64,000 bases of DNA from the NCBI GenBank assembly GCA_964016885.1, contig OZ024741.1, positions 256,804,001 to 256,868,000 on the forward strand, written 5' to 3'. This stretch comes from Eledone cirrhosa. Its lineage: Eukaryota. Within the stretch, counting starts at the first letter, position 1, and the number at the start of each line of letters is the position of its first letter. Positions 39,601 through 53,830 of the stretch are shown piece after piece. Under the pieces are notes generated by a model. The model was given only the letters and a program-made list of their open reading frames with translations, was not told the DNA's origin and did no database searches. Position numbers and translations under genes: made by a program.

Positions 39601-42600
39601 CTTACGAGTGTTTTGACTTACGGGTGTTTCGACTTACGAGTGTTTCGACTTACGAGTGTTTCGAGTTACGGGTGTTTCGACTTACGAGTGTTTTGACTTA
39701 CGAGTGTTAAGACTTACGGGTGTTTTGACATACGAGTGTTTCGATACGAGTGTTTCGACTTACGAGTGTTTTGACTTACGGGTGTTTTGACATACGAGTG
39801 TTTCGATACGAGTGTTCTGACTTACGAGTGTTCTGACTTCCGAGTGTTCTGACTTACAAGTGTTCTGACTTACGAGTGTTCCGACTTACGAGTGATCTGA
39901 CTTACGAGTGTTCCTACTTACGAGTGTTTCGACTTACCAGTGTTTCGACTTGCGAGTGTTTCGACTTACGAATGTTCCGACTTACGAAAATAACAAATAG
40001 ACGCGGTTTCAAATATCTATGCTTTTCAAATTCATTACATTAATCTTTATTTATACGTTTCGCTTTACGAGTGTTTCGGCGTACGAGTGTTTCGACTTAC
40101 GAGTGTTTTAACTTACGGTTGTTTCGAATTACGCGTGTTTCGACTACGAATGTTCCGACTTACGAGTGTTTCGACTTACGAGTGTTTCGACTTACGAGTG
40201 CTTTGACTTACGAATGTTTTGACTTACTTCGACTTACGAGTGATCTGACTTACGAGTGTTCCTACTTACGAGTGTTTCGACTTACGAGTGTTTCGACTTG
40301 CGAGTGTTTCGACATACGAGTGTTTCGACTTACGAAAATAACAAATAGACGCGGTTTCAAATCTCTATGCTTTTCAAATTCATTACATTAATCTTTATTT
40401 ATACGTTTCGCTTTACGAGTGTTTCGAGTTACGAGTGTTTCGACATACGAGTGATTCGGCTAACGAGTGTTTTGATTTACGAGTGTTTTGACTTACGGGT
40501 GCTTCGACTTACGCGTGTTTCGACTTACGAGTATTTCGACTTACGAGTGTTTCGACTTACGATTGTTTCGGCTTACGAGTGTTTCGACTTACGAGTGTTC
40601 TGACTACGAGTGTTCTGACTTACGGGTGTTCTGACTTACGAGTGTTCCGACTTACGAGTGTTTCGGCTTATGAGTGTTTCGACTTACAAGTGCTTCGACT
40701 TACGAGTGTTTCGGCTTACGGGTGTTTCGACTTACGAATGTTTTTGCTTACGAGTGTTTCGGCTTACGAGTGTTTCGGCTTATGAGTGTTTCGGCTTATG
40801 AGTGTTTCGACTTACAAGTGTTTTGACTTACGGGTGTTTTGACATACGAGTGTTTCGATACGAGTGTTCTGACTTACGAGTGTTTCCGCTTACGAGTGTT
40901 TCGGCTTACGAGTGTTTCGACTTACTAATGTTTTTACTTACGAGTGTTTCGGTGTACGAGTGTTTCGACTTAAGGATGTTTCGACTTACGAGTGTTTCGA
41001 CTTACGAGTGTTTCGACTTACGAGTGTTTCGATTTACGAGTGTTTTGGCTTACGAATGTTTTGACATACGGGTGTTTCGACTTACGGGTGTTTCGGCTTA
41101 CGAGTGTTTCGACTTACGAGTGTTCCGACTTACGAGTGTTTCGACTTACGAGTGTTTCGACTTACGAGCGTTTTGACTTACGAGTGTTTTGACTTACGGT
41201 GTTTCTGCTTACGAGTGTTTAGACTTACGAGGGTTAAGACTTACGGGTGTTTTGACATACGAGTGTTTCGACTTACGAGTGTTACGAGTGTTCTGACTTA
41301 CGAGTGTTTCGACTTACGAGTGTTCTGACCTACGAGTGTTCTGACTTACGAGTGTTTCGACTTACGAGTGTTTCGAGTTATGAGTGTTCCGACTTACGAG
41401 TGTTTCGACTTACGAGTGTTCTGACTACGAGTGTTCTGACTTACGGGTGCTCTGACTTACGAGTGTTTCGACTTACGAGTGTTTCGACTTATGAGTGTTT
41501 CGGCTTACGAGTGTTTTGACTTACGAGTGTTCTGACTACGAGTGTTCTGACTTACGAGTGTTTCGGCTTATGAGTGTTTCGACTTACGAGTGTTTCGGCT
41601 TATGAGTGTTTCGACTTACGAGTGTTTCGGCTTACGAGTGTTTCGACTTACGAGTGTTTCGACTTACGAGTGTTTCAACTTACGAGTGTTTCGACTTACG
41701 AGTGTTTCGACTTACGGGTGTTTCGACTTACGAGTGTTTCGACTACGAGTGTTTCGACTTACGAGTGTTTCGGCTTACGAGTGTTTCGACATACGGGTGT
41801 TTCGACTTACGGTGTTTCGGCTTACGAGTGTTTCGACTTACGAGTGTTCTGACTTACGAGTGTTCTGACTTACGAGTGTTCCGACTTACGAGTGTTTCGG
41901 CTTACGAGTGTTTCGACTTACGAGTGTTTCGACTTACGAGTGTTTTGACTTACGGTGTTTCGGCTTACGAGTGTTTCGACTTACGAGTGTTTTGACTTAC
42001 TGGTGTTTTGACATACGAGTGTTTCGATACGAGTGTTTCGACTTACGAGTGTTCTGACTTACGAGTGTTCTGACTTACGAGTGTTCTAACTTACGAGTGT
42101 TCTGACTTACGAGTGTTCTGACTTACGAGTGTTCCGACTTACGAGTGTTTCGGCTCACCAGTGTTTCGGCTTACGAGTGTTTCGACTTACGAAAATAACA
42201 AATAGACGCGGTTTCAAATCTCTATGCTTTTCATATTCATTACATTAATCTTTATTTATACGTTTCGCCTTACGAGTGTTTCGACTTACGAGTGTTTCGA
42301 CTTACGAGTGTTTCGGCTTACGAGTGTTTCGACTTACGAGTGTTTTGACTTACGGGTGTTTTGACATACGAGTGTTTCGATACGAGTGTTCTGACTTACG
42401 AGTGTTTCGGCTTATGAGTGTTTCGACTTACGAATGTTTTTGCTTACGGGTGTTTCGACTTACGAATGTTTTTGCTTACGAGTGTTTCGGCTTACGAGTG
42501 TTTCGACTTACGAGTGTTTCGGCTTACGAGTGTTTTGACTTACGAATGTTCTGACTACGAGTGTTCTGACTTACGAGTGTTTCGGCTTATGAGTGTTTCG

Positions 42601-45556
42601 GCTTACGAGTGTTTCGACATACGGGTGTTTCGACTTACGGTGTTTCGGCTTACGAGTGTTTCGACTTACGAGTGTTCTGACTTACGAGTGTTCTGACTTA
42701 CGAGTGTTCTGACTTACGAGTGTTCCGACTTACGAGTGTTTCGGCTTACGAGTGTTTCGGCTTACGAGTGTTTCGGCTTACGAGTGTTTCGACTTACGAG
42801 TGTTTCGACTTACGAGTGTTTCGACTTACGAGTGTTTTGACTTACGGTGTTTCGGCTTACGAGTGTTTCGACTTACGAATGTTTTGACTTACTGGTGTTT
42901 TGACATACGAGTGTTTCGATACGAGTGTTTCGACTTACGAGTGTTCTGACTTACGAGTGTTCTGACTTACGAGTGTTCTGACTGACGAGTGTTCTAACTT
43001 ACGAGTGTTCTGACTTACGAGTGTTCTGACTTACGAGTGTTCCGACTTACGAGTGTTTCGGCTCACCAGTGTTTCGGCTTACGAGTGTTTCGACTTACGA
43101 AAATAACAAATAGACGCGGTTTCAAATCTCTATACTTTTCAAATTCATTACATTAATCTTTATTTATACGTTTCGCTTTACGAGTGTTTCGACTTACGAG
43201 TGTTTCGACTTACGAGTGTTTCGGCTTACGATTGTTTTGACTTACGAGTGTTTTGACTTACGGGTGTTTCGGCCTACGAGTGTTTCGACTTACGAGTGTT
43301 CTGACTTACGAGTGTTCTGACTTACGAGCGTTCCGACTTACGAGTGTTTCGGCTTACGAGTGTTCCGACTTACGAGTGTTTCGACTTACGAGTGTTTCGA
43401 CTTACGAGCGTTTTGACTTACGAGTGTTTTGACTTACGGTGTTTCTGCTTACGAGTGTTTCGACTTACGAGGGTTAAGACTTACGGGTGTTTTGACATAC
43501 GAGTGTTTCGACTTACGAGTGTTACCAGTGTTCTGACTTACGAGTGTTTCGACTTACGAGTGTTCTGACCTACGAGTGTTCTGACTTACGAGTGTTTCGA
43601 CTTACGAGTGTTTTGACTTACGGGTGTTTCGACTTACGAGTGTTTCGACTTACGAGTGTTTCGAGTTACGGGTGTTTCGACTTACGAGTGTTTTGACTTA
43701 CGAGTGTTAAGACTTACGGGTGTTTTGACATACGAGTGTTTCGATACGAGTGTTTCGACTTACGAGTGTTTTGACTTACGGGTGTTTTGACATACGAGTG
43801 TTTCGAAACGAGTGTTTCGACTACGAGTGTTTCGACTTACGAGTGTTTCGGCTTACGAGTGTTTCGACATACGGGTGTTTCGATTTACGGTGTTTCGGCT
43901 TACGAGTGTTTCGACTTACGAATGTTCTGACTTACGAGTGTTCTGACTTACGAGTGTTCTGACTTACGAGTGTTCTGACTTACGATTGTTCCGACTTACG
44001 AGTGTTTCGGCTTACGAGTGTTTCGGCTTACGAGTGTTTCGACTTACGAGTGTTTCGATTTACGAGTGTTTCGACTTACGAGTGTTTTGACTTACGGTGT
44101 TTCGGCTTACGAGTGTTTCGACTTACGAGTGTTTTGACTTACTGGTGTTTTGACATACGAGGGTTTCGATACGAGTGTTTCGACTTACGAGTGTTCTGAC
44201 TTACGAGTGTTCTGACTTACGAGTGTTCTGACTGACGAGTGTTCTAACTTACGAGTGTTCTGACTTACGAGTGTTCTGACTTACGAGTGTTCCGACTTAC
44301 GAGTGTTTCGGCTCACCAGTGTTTCGGCTTACGAGTGTTTCGACTTACGAAAATAACAAATAGACGCGGTTTCAAATCTCTATACTTTTCAAATTCATTA
44401 CATTAATCTTTATTTATACGTTTCGCTTTACGAGTGTTTCGACTTACGAGTGTTTCGACTTACGAGTGTTTCGGCTTACGATTGTTTTGACTTACGAGTG
44501 TTTTGACTTACGGGTGTTTCGGCCTACGAGTGTTTCGACTTACGAGTGTTCTGACTTACGAGTGTTCTGACTTACGAGCGTTCCGACTTACGAGTGTTTC
44601 GGCTTACGAGTGTTCCGACTTACGAGTGTTTCGACTTACGAGTGTTTCGACTTACGAGCGTTTTGACTTACTAGTGTTTTGACTTACGGTGTTTCTGCTT
44701 ACGAGTGTTTCGACTTACGAGGGTTAAGACTTACGGGTGTTTTGACATACGAGTGTTTCGACTTACGAGTGTTACCAGTGTTCTGACTTACGAGTGTTCT
44801 GACTTACGAGTGTTCTGACTTACGAGTGTTCTGACTTACGAGTGTTCTGACATACGTGTGTTCTGACTTACGAGTGTTCCGATTTACGAGTGTTTCGGCT
44901 TATGAGTGTTTCGACTTACGAATGTTTTTGCTTACGGGTGTTTCGACTTACGAATGTTTTTGCTTACGAGTGTTTCGGCTTACGAGTGTTTCGACTTACG
45001 AAAATAACAAATAGACGTGGTTTCAAATCTCTATGCTTTTCAAATTCATTACATTAATCTTTATTTACACGTTTCGCTTTACTAGTGTTTCGACTTACGA
45101 GTGTTTCGACTTACGAGTGTTTCGACTTACGAGTGTTTCGACTTACGAGTGTTTTGACTTACGAGTGTTCTGACTTACGAGTGTTCTGAATTACGAGTGT
45201 TTCGACTTACGAGTGTTCTGACTTACGAGTGTTCTGACTTACGAGTGTTCCGACTTACGAGTGTTTCGACTTACGAGTGTTTCGACTTACGAGTGTTTCG
45301 GCTTACGAGTGTTTTGACTTACGAATGTTCTGACTACGAGTGTTCTGACTTACGAGTGTTTCGGCTTATGAGTGTTTCGACTTACGAGTGTTTCGGCTTA
45401 TGAGTGTTTCGACTTACGAGTGTTTCGGCTTACGATTGTTTCAACTTACGAGTGTTTCGACTTACGAGTGTTTCGACATACGGGTGTTTCGACTTACGAG
45501 TGTTTCGACTACGAGTGTTTCGACTTACGAGTGTTTCGGCTTACGAGTGTTTCGAC
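24682..45556 (+). repeat. Near-perfect tandem duplication, period 10429 bp (~24682-35120 and ~35111-45556)
   Basis: Constant offset at 24975/35404, 27944/38373, 30373/40802, 33573/44002 and 34768/45197. Private variants are shared only by these two copies: CTATGGTTTT, GGTTGCTTCG, AGTATTTCGA and GAGCGTTCTG. Confidence 0.94.
32310..34369 (+). repeat. Local duplication, period 1250 bp, giving two successive E inserts; also present at +10429
   Basis: E inserts at 32672/33922 with matching flanks, and ORF-track entries at 32323/33573. Confidence 0.85.
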
Positions 45557-45769
45557 ATACGGGTGTTTCGACTTACGGTGTTTCGGCTTACGAGTGTTCT
45601 GACTTACGAGTGTTCTGACTTACGAGTGTTCTGACTTACGAGTGTTCCGACTTACGAGTGTTTCGGCTTACGAGTGTTTCGGCTTACGAGTGTTTCGGCT
45701 TACGAGTGTTTCGACTTACGAGTGTTTCGACTTACGAGTGTTTCGACTTACGAGTGTTTTGACTTACGG

Positions 45770-48700
45770 TGTTTCGGCTTACGAGTGTTTCGACTTACGA
45801 GTGTTTTGACTTACTGGTGTTTTGACATACGAGTGTTTCGATACGAGTGTTTCGACTTACGAGTGTTCTGACTTACGAGTGTTCTGACTTACGAGTGTTC
45901 TGACTGACGAGTGTTCTAACTTACGAGTGTTCTGACTTACGAGTGTTCTGACTTACGAGTGTTTCGACTTACGAGTGTTTCGGCTTACGATTGTTTTGAC
46001 TTACGAGTGTTTTGACTTACGGGTGTTTCGGCCTACGAGTGTTTCGACTTACGAGTGTTCTGACTTACGAGTGCACTGACTTACGAGCGTTTCGGCTTAC
46101 GAGTGTTTCGACTTAAGAGTGTTCTGACTTACGAGTGTTTCGACTTACGAGCGTTCCGACTTACGAGTGTTTCGGCTTACGAGTGTTCCGACTTACGAGT
46201 GTTTCGACTTACGAGTGTTTCGACTTACGAGCGTTTTGACTTACGAGTGTTTTGACTTACGGTGTTTCTGCTTACGAGTGTTTCGACTTACGAGTGTTAA
46301 GACTTACGGGTGTTTTGACATACGAGTGTTTCGACTTACGAGTGTTACGAGTGTTCTGACTTACGAGTGTTTCGACTTACGAGTGTTCTGACCTACGAGT
46401 GTTCTGACTTACGAGTGTTTCGACTTACGAGTGTTTTGACTTACGGGTGTTTCGACTTACGAGTGTTTCGACTTACGAGTGTTTCGAGTTACGGGTGTTT
46501 CGACTTACGAGTGTTTTGACTTACGAGTGTTAAGACTTACGGGTGTTTTGACATACGAGTGTTTCGATACGAGTGTTTCGACTTACGAGTGTTTTGACTT
46601 ACGGGTGTTTTGACATACGAGTGTTTCGATACGAGTGTTTCGAGTACGAGTGTTTCGACTTACGAGTGTTTCGGCTTACGAGTGTTTCGACATACGGGTG
46701 TTTCGATTTACGGTGTTTCGGCTTACGAGTGTTTCGACTTACGAATGTTCTGACTTACGAGTGTTCTGACTTACGAGTGTTCTGACTTACGAGTGTTCTG
46801 ACTTACGATTGTTCCGACTTACGAGTGTTTCGGCTTACGAGTGTTTCGGCTTACGAGTGTTTCGACTTACGAGTGTTTCGATTTACGAGTGTTTCGAATT
46901 ACGAGTGCTTTGACTTACGGTGTTTCGGCTTACGAGTGTTTCGGCTTACGAGTGTTTCGACTTACGAAAATAACAAATAGACGCGGTTTCAAATCTCTAT
47001 GCTTTTCAAATTCATTACATTAATCTTTATTTATACGTTTCGCTTTACGAGTGTTTCGACTTACGAGTGTTTCGACTTACGAGGGTTTCGGCTTACGATT
47101 GTTTTGACTTACGAGTGTTTTGACTTACGGGTGTTTCGGCTTACGAGTGTTTCGACTTACGAGTGTTCTGACTTACGAGTGTTCTGACTTACGAGTGTTT
47201 CGGCTTACGAGTGTTTCGACTTACGAGTGTTGTGACTTACGAGTGTTTCGGCTTATGAGTGTTTCGACTTACGAGTGTTTCGGCTTACGATTGTTTCAAC
47301 TTACGAGTGTTTCGACTTACGAGTGTTTCGACATACGGGTGTTTCGACTTACGAGTGTTTCGACTACGAGTGTTTCGACTTACGAGTGTTTCGGCTTACG
47401 AGTGTTTCGACATACGGGTGTTTCGACTTACGGTGTTTCGGCTTACGAGTGTTTCGACTTACGAGTGTTCTGACTTACGAGTGTTCTGACTTACGAGTGT
47501 TCTGACTTACGAGTGTTCCGACTTACGAGTGTTTCGGCTTACGAGTGTTTCGGCTTACGAGTGTTTCGGCTTACGAGTGTTTCGACTTACGAGTGTTTTG
47601 ACTTACTGGTGTTTTGACATACGAGTGTTTCGATACGAGTGTTTCGACTTACGAGTGTTCTGACTTACGAGTGTTCTGACTTACGAGTGTTCTGACTGAC
47701 GAGTGTTCTAACTTACGAGTGTTCTGACTTACGAGTGTTCTGACTTACGAGTGTTTCGACTTACGAGTGTTTCGGCTTACGATTGTTTTGACTTACGAGT
47801 GTTTTGACTTACGGGTGTTTCGGCCTACGAGTGTTTCGACTTACGAGTGTTCTGACTTACGAGTGCACTGACTTACGAGCGTTTCGGCTTACGAGTGTTT
47901 CGACTTAAGAGTGTTCTGACTTACGAGTGTTTCGACTTACGAGCGTTCCGACTTACGAGTGTTTCGGCTTACGAGTGTTCCGACTTACGAGTGTTTCGAC
48001 TTACGAGTGTTTCGACTTACGAGCGTTTTGACTTACGAGTGTTTTGACTTACGGTGTTTCTGCTTACGAGTGTTTCGACTTACGAGTGTTAAGACTTACG
48101 GGTGTTTTGACATACGAGTGTTTCGACTTACGAGTGTTACGAGTGTTCTGACTTACGAGTGTTTCGACTTACGAGTGTTCTGACCTACGAGTGTTCTGAC
48201 TTACGAGTGTTTCGACTTACGAGTGTTTTGACTTACGGGTGTTTCGACTTACGAGTGTTTCGACTTACGAGTGTTTCGAGTTACGGGTGTTTCGACTTAC
48301 GAGTGTTTTGACTTACGAGTGTTAAGACTTACGGGTGTTTTGACATACGAGTGTTTCGATACGAGTGTTTCGACTTACGAGTGTTTTGACTTACGGGTGT
48401 TTTGACATACGAGTGTTTCGATACGAGTGTTTCGAGTACGAGTGTTTCGACTTACGAGTGTTTCGGCTTACGAGTGTTTCGACATACGGGTGTTTCGATT
48501 TACGGTGTTTCGGCTTACGAGTGTTTCGACTTACGAATGTTCTGACTTACGAGTGTTCTGACTTACGAGTGTTCTGACTTACGAGTGTTCTGACTTACGA
48601 TTGTTCCGACTTACGAGTGTTTCGGCTTACGAGTGTTTCGGCTTACGAGTGTTTCGACTTACGAGTGTTTCGATTTACGAGTGTTTCGAATTACGAGTGC

Positions 48701-49042
48701 TTTGACTTACGGTGTTTCGGCTTACGAGTGTTTCGGCTTACGAGTGTTTCGACTTACGAAAATAACAAATAGACGCGGTTTCAAATCTCTATGCTTTTCA
48801 AATTCATTACATTAATCTTTATTTATACGTTTCGCTTTACGAGTGTTTCGACTTACGAGTGTTTCGACTTACGAGGGTTTCGGCTTACGATTGTTTTGAC
48901 TTACGAGTGTTTTGACTTACGGGTGTTTCGGCTTACGAGTGTTTCGACTTACGAGTGTTCTGACTTACGAGTGTTCTGACTTACGAGTGTTTCGGCTTAC
49001 GAGTGTTTCGACTTACGAGTGTTGTGACTTACGAGTGTTTCG
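45770..49042 (+). repeat. Local duplication, period 1792 bp (~45770-47250 and ~47560-49042)
   Basis: Offsets 46167/47959, 46573/48365 and 46999/48791; F inserts at 46968/48760; both copies carry the rare GAGTGCACTGAC monomer. Confidence 0.9.
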
Positions 49043-52000
49043 ACTTACGAGCGTTCCGACTTACGAGTGTTTCGGCTTACGAATGTTCCGACTTACGAGT
49101 GTTTCGACTTACGTGTGTTTCGACGTACGAGCGTTTTGACTTACGAGTGTTTTGACTTACGGTGTTTCTGCTTACGAGTGTTTCGACTTACGAGTGTTAA
49201 GACTTACGGGTGTTTTGACATACGAGTATTTCGACTTACGAGTGTTACGAGTGTTCTGACTTAAGAGTGTTTCGACTTACGAGTGTTCTGACCTACGAGT
49301 GTTCTGACTTACGTGTCTTTCGACTTACGAGTGTTTTGACTTACGGGTGTTTCGACTTACGAGTGTTTCGACTTACGAGTGTTTCGAGTTACGGGTGTTT
49401 CGACTTACGAGTGTTTTGACTTACGAGTGTTAAGACTTACGGGTGTTTTGACATACGAGTGTTTCGATACGAGTGTTTCGACTTACGAGTGTTTTGACTT
49501 ACGGGTGTTTTGACATACGAGTGTTTCGATACGAGTGTTTCGAGTACGAGTGTTTCGACTTACGAGTGTTTCGGCTTACGAGTGTTTCGACTTACGAGTG
49601 TTCTGACCTACGAGTGTTCTGACTTACGAGTGTTCCTACTTACGAGTGTTTCGACTTACGAGTGTTTCGACTTGCGAGTGTTTCGACTTACGAATGTTCC
49701 GACTTACGAAAATAACAAATAGACGCGGTTTCAAATATCTATGCTTTTCAAATTCATTACATTAATCTTTATTTATACGTTTCGCTTTACGAGTGTTTCG
49801 GCGTACGAGTGTTTCGACTTACGAGTGTTTTAACTTACGGTTGTTTCGACTTACGAGTGTTTCGACTACGAATGTTCCGACTTACGAGTGTTTCGACTTA
49901 CGAGTGTTTCGACTTACGAGTGCTTTGACTTACGAATGTTTTGACTTACTTCGACTTACGAGTGATCTGACTTACGAGTGTTCCTACTTACGAGTGTTCT
50001 GACTTACGTGTGTTTCGACTTACGAGTGTTTTGACTTACGGGTGTTTCGACTTACGAGTGTTTCGACTTACGAGTGTTTCGAGTTACGGGTGTTTCGACT
50101 TACGAGTGTTTTGACTTACGAGTGTTAAGACTTACGGGTGTTTTGACATACGAGTGTTTCGATACGAGTGTTTCGACTTACGAGTGTTTTGACTTACGGG
50201 TGTTTTGACATACGAGTGTTTCGATACGAGTGTTCTGACTTACGAGTGTTCTGACTTCCGAGTGTTCTGACTTACAAGTGTTCTGACTTACGAGTGTTCC
50301 GACTTACGAGTGATCTGACTTACGAGTGTTCCTACTTACGAGTGTTTCGACTTACGAGTGTTTCGACTTGCGAGTGTTTCGACTTACGAATGTTCCGACT
50401 TACGAAAATAAATAATAGACGCGGTTTCAAATATCTATGCTTTTCAAATTCATTACATTAATCTTTATTTATACGTTTCGCTTTACGAGTGTTTCGGCGT
50501 ACGAGTGTTTCGACTTACGAGTGTTTTAACTTACGGTTGTTTCGAATTACGCGTGTTTCGACTACGAATGTTCCGACTTACGAGTGTTTCGACTTACGAG
50601 TGTTTCGACTTACGAGTGCTTTGACTTACGAATGTTTTGACTTACTTCGACTTACGAGTGATCTGACTTACGAGTGTTCCTACTTACGAGTGTTTCGACT
50701 TACGAGTGTTTCGACTTGCGAGTGTTTCGACATACGAGTGTTTCGACTTACGAAAATAACAAATAGACGCGGTTTCAAATCTCTATGCTTTTCAAATTCA
50801 TTACATTAATCTTTATTTATACGTTTCGCTTTACGAGTGTTTCGAGTTACGAGTGTTTCGACATACGAGTGATTCGGCTAACGAGTGTTTTGATTTACGA
50901 GTGTTTTGACTTACGGGTGCTTCGACTTACGCGTGTTTCGACTTACGGGTGTTTCGACTTACGAGTGTTTCGACTTACGATTGTTTCGGCTTACGAGTGT
51001 TTCGACTTACGAGTGTTCTGACTACGAGTGTTCTGACATACGGGTGTTCTGACTTACGAGTGTTCCGACTTACGAGTGTTTCGGCTTATGAGTGTTTCGA
51101 CTTACAAGTGCTTCGACTTACGAGTGTTTCGGCTTACGGGTGTTTCGACTTACGAATGTTTTTGCTTACGAGTGTTTCGGCTTACGAGTGTTTCGGCTTA
51201 TGAGTGTTTCGACTTACAAGTGTTTTGACTTACGGGTGTTTTGACATACGAGTGTTTCGATACGAGTGTTCTGACTTACGAGTGTTTCCGCTTACGAGTG
51301 TTTCGGCTTACGAGTGTTTCGACTTACTAATGTTTTTACTTACGAGTGTTTCGGTGTACGAGTGTTTCGACTTAAGGATGTTTCGACTTACGAGTGTTTC
51401 GACTTACGAGTGTTTCGACTTACGAGTGTTTCGACTTACGAGTGTTTTGGCTTACGAATGTTTTGACATACGGGTGTTTCGACTTACGGGTGTTTCGGCT
51501 TACGAGTGTTTCGACTTATGAGTGTTCCGACTTACGAGTGTTTCGACTTACGAGTGTTCTGACTACGAGTGTTCTGACTTACGTGTGCTCTGACTTACGA
51601 GTGTTTCGACTTACGAGTGTTCCGACTTACGAGTGTTTCGACTTACGAGTGTTTCGACTTACGAGCGTTTTGACTTACGAGTGTTTTGACTTACGGTGTT
51701 TCTGCTTACGAGTGTTTAGACTTACGAGGGTTAAGACTTACGGGTGTTTTGACATACGAGTGTTTCGACTTACGAGTGTTACGAGTGTTCTGACTTACGA
51801 GTGTTTCGACTTACGAGTGTTCTGACCTACGAGTGTTCTGACTTACGAGTGTTTCGACTTACGAGTGTTTCGAGTTATGAGTGTTCCGACTTACGAGTGT
51901 TTCGACTTACGAGTGTTCTGACTACGAGTGTTCTGACTTACGGGTGCTCTGACTTACGAGTGTTTCGACTTACGAGTGTTTCGACTTATGAGTGTTTCGG

Positions 52001-53830
52001 CTTACGAGTGTTTTGACTTACGAGTGTTCTGACTACGAGTGTTCTGACTTACGAGTGTTTCGGCTTATGAGTGTTTCGACTTACGAGTGTTTCGGCTTAT
52101 GAGTGTTTCGACTTACGAGTGTTTCGGCTTACGAGTGTTTCGACTTACGAGTGTTTCGACTTACGAGTGTTTCAACTTACGAGTGTTTCGACTTACGAGT
52201 GTTTCGACTTACGGGTGTTTCGACTTACGAGTGTTTCGACTACGAGTGTTTCGACTTACGAGTGTTTCGGCTTACGAGTGTTTCGACATACGGGTGTTTC
52301 GACTTACGGTGTTTCGGCTTACGAGTGTTTCGACTTACGAGTGTTCTGACTTACGAGTGTTCTGACCTACGAGTGTTCCGACTTACGAGTGTTTCGGCTT
52401 ACGAGTGTTTCGGCTTACGAGTGTTTCGACTTACGAGTGTTTCGACTTACGAGTGTTTCGACTTACGAGTGTTTCGACTTACGAGTGTTTTGACTTACGG
52501 TGTTTCGGCTTACGAGTGTTTCGACTTACGAGTGTTTTGACTTACTGGTGTTTTGACATACGAGTGTTTCGATACGAGTGTTTCGACTTACGAGTGTTCT
52601 GACTTACGAGTGTTCTGACTTACGAGTGTTCTAACTTACGAGTGTTCTGACTTACGAGTGTTCTGACTTACGAGTGTTCCGACTTACGAGTGTTTCGGCT
52701 CACCAGTGTTTCGGCTTACGAGTGTTTCGACTTACGAAAATAACAAATAGACGCGGTTTCAAATCTCTATGCTTTTCATATTCATTACATTAATCTTTAT
52801 TTATACGTTTCGCCTTACGAGTGTTTCGCCTTACGAGTGTTTCGACTTACGAGTGTTTCGGCTTACGAGTGTTTCGACTTACGAGTGTTTTGACTTACGG
52901 GTGTTTTGACATACGAGTGTTTCGATACGAGTGTTCTGACTTACGAGTGTTCTGACTTACGAGTGTTCTGACTTACGAGTGTTCTGACTTACGAGTGTTC
53001 CGATTTACGAGTGTTTCGGCTTATGAGTGTTTCGACTTACGAATGTTTTTGCTTACGGGTGTTTCGACTTACGAATGTTTTTGCTTACGAGTGTTTCGGC
53101 TTACGAGTGTTTCGACTTACGAGTGTTTCGGCTTACGAGTGTTTTGACTTACGAATGTTCTGACTACGAGTGTTCTGACTTACGAGTGTTTCGGCTTATG
53201 AGTGTTTCGGCTTACGAGTGTTTCGACATACGGGTGTTTCGACTTACGGTGTTTCGGCTTACGAGTGTTTCGACTTACGAGTGTTCTGACTTACGAGTGT
53301 TCTGACTTACGAGTGTTCTGACTTACGAGTGTTCCGACTTACGAGTGTTTCGGCTTACGAGTGTTTCGGCTTACGAGTGTTTCGGCTTACGAGTGTTTCG
53401 ACTTACGAGTGTTTCGACTTACGAGTGTTTTGACTTACGGTGTTTCGGCTTACGAGTGTTTCGACTTACGAATGTTTTGACTTACTGGTGTTTTGACATA
53501 CGAGTGTTTCGATACGAGTGTTTCGACTTACGAGTGTTCTGACTTACGAGTGTTCTGACTTACGAGTGTTCTGACTGACGAGTGTTCTAACTTACGAGTG
53601 TTCTGACTTACGAGTGTTCTGACTTACGAGTGTTCCGACTTACGAGTGTTTCGGCTCACCAGTGTTTCGGCTTACGAGTGTTTCGACTTACGAAAATAAC
53701 AAATAGACGCGGTTTCAAATCTCTATACTTTTCAAATTCATTACATTAATCTTTATTTATACGTTTCGCTTTACGAGTGTTTCGACTTACGAGTGTTTCG
53801 ACTTACGAGTGTTTCGGCTTACGATTGTTT

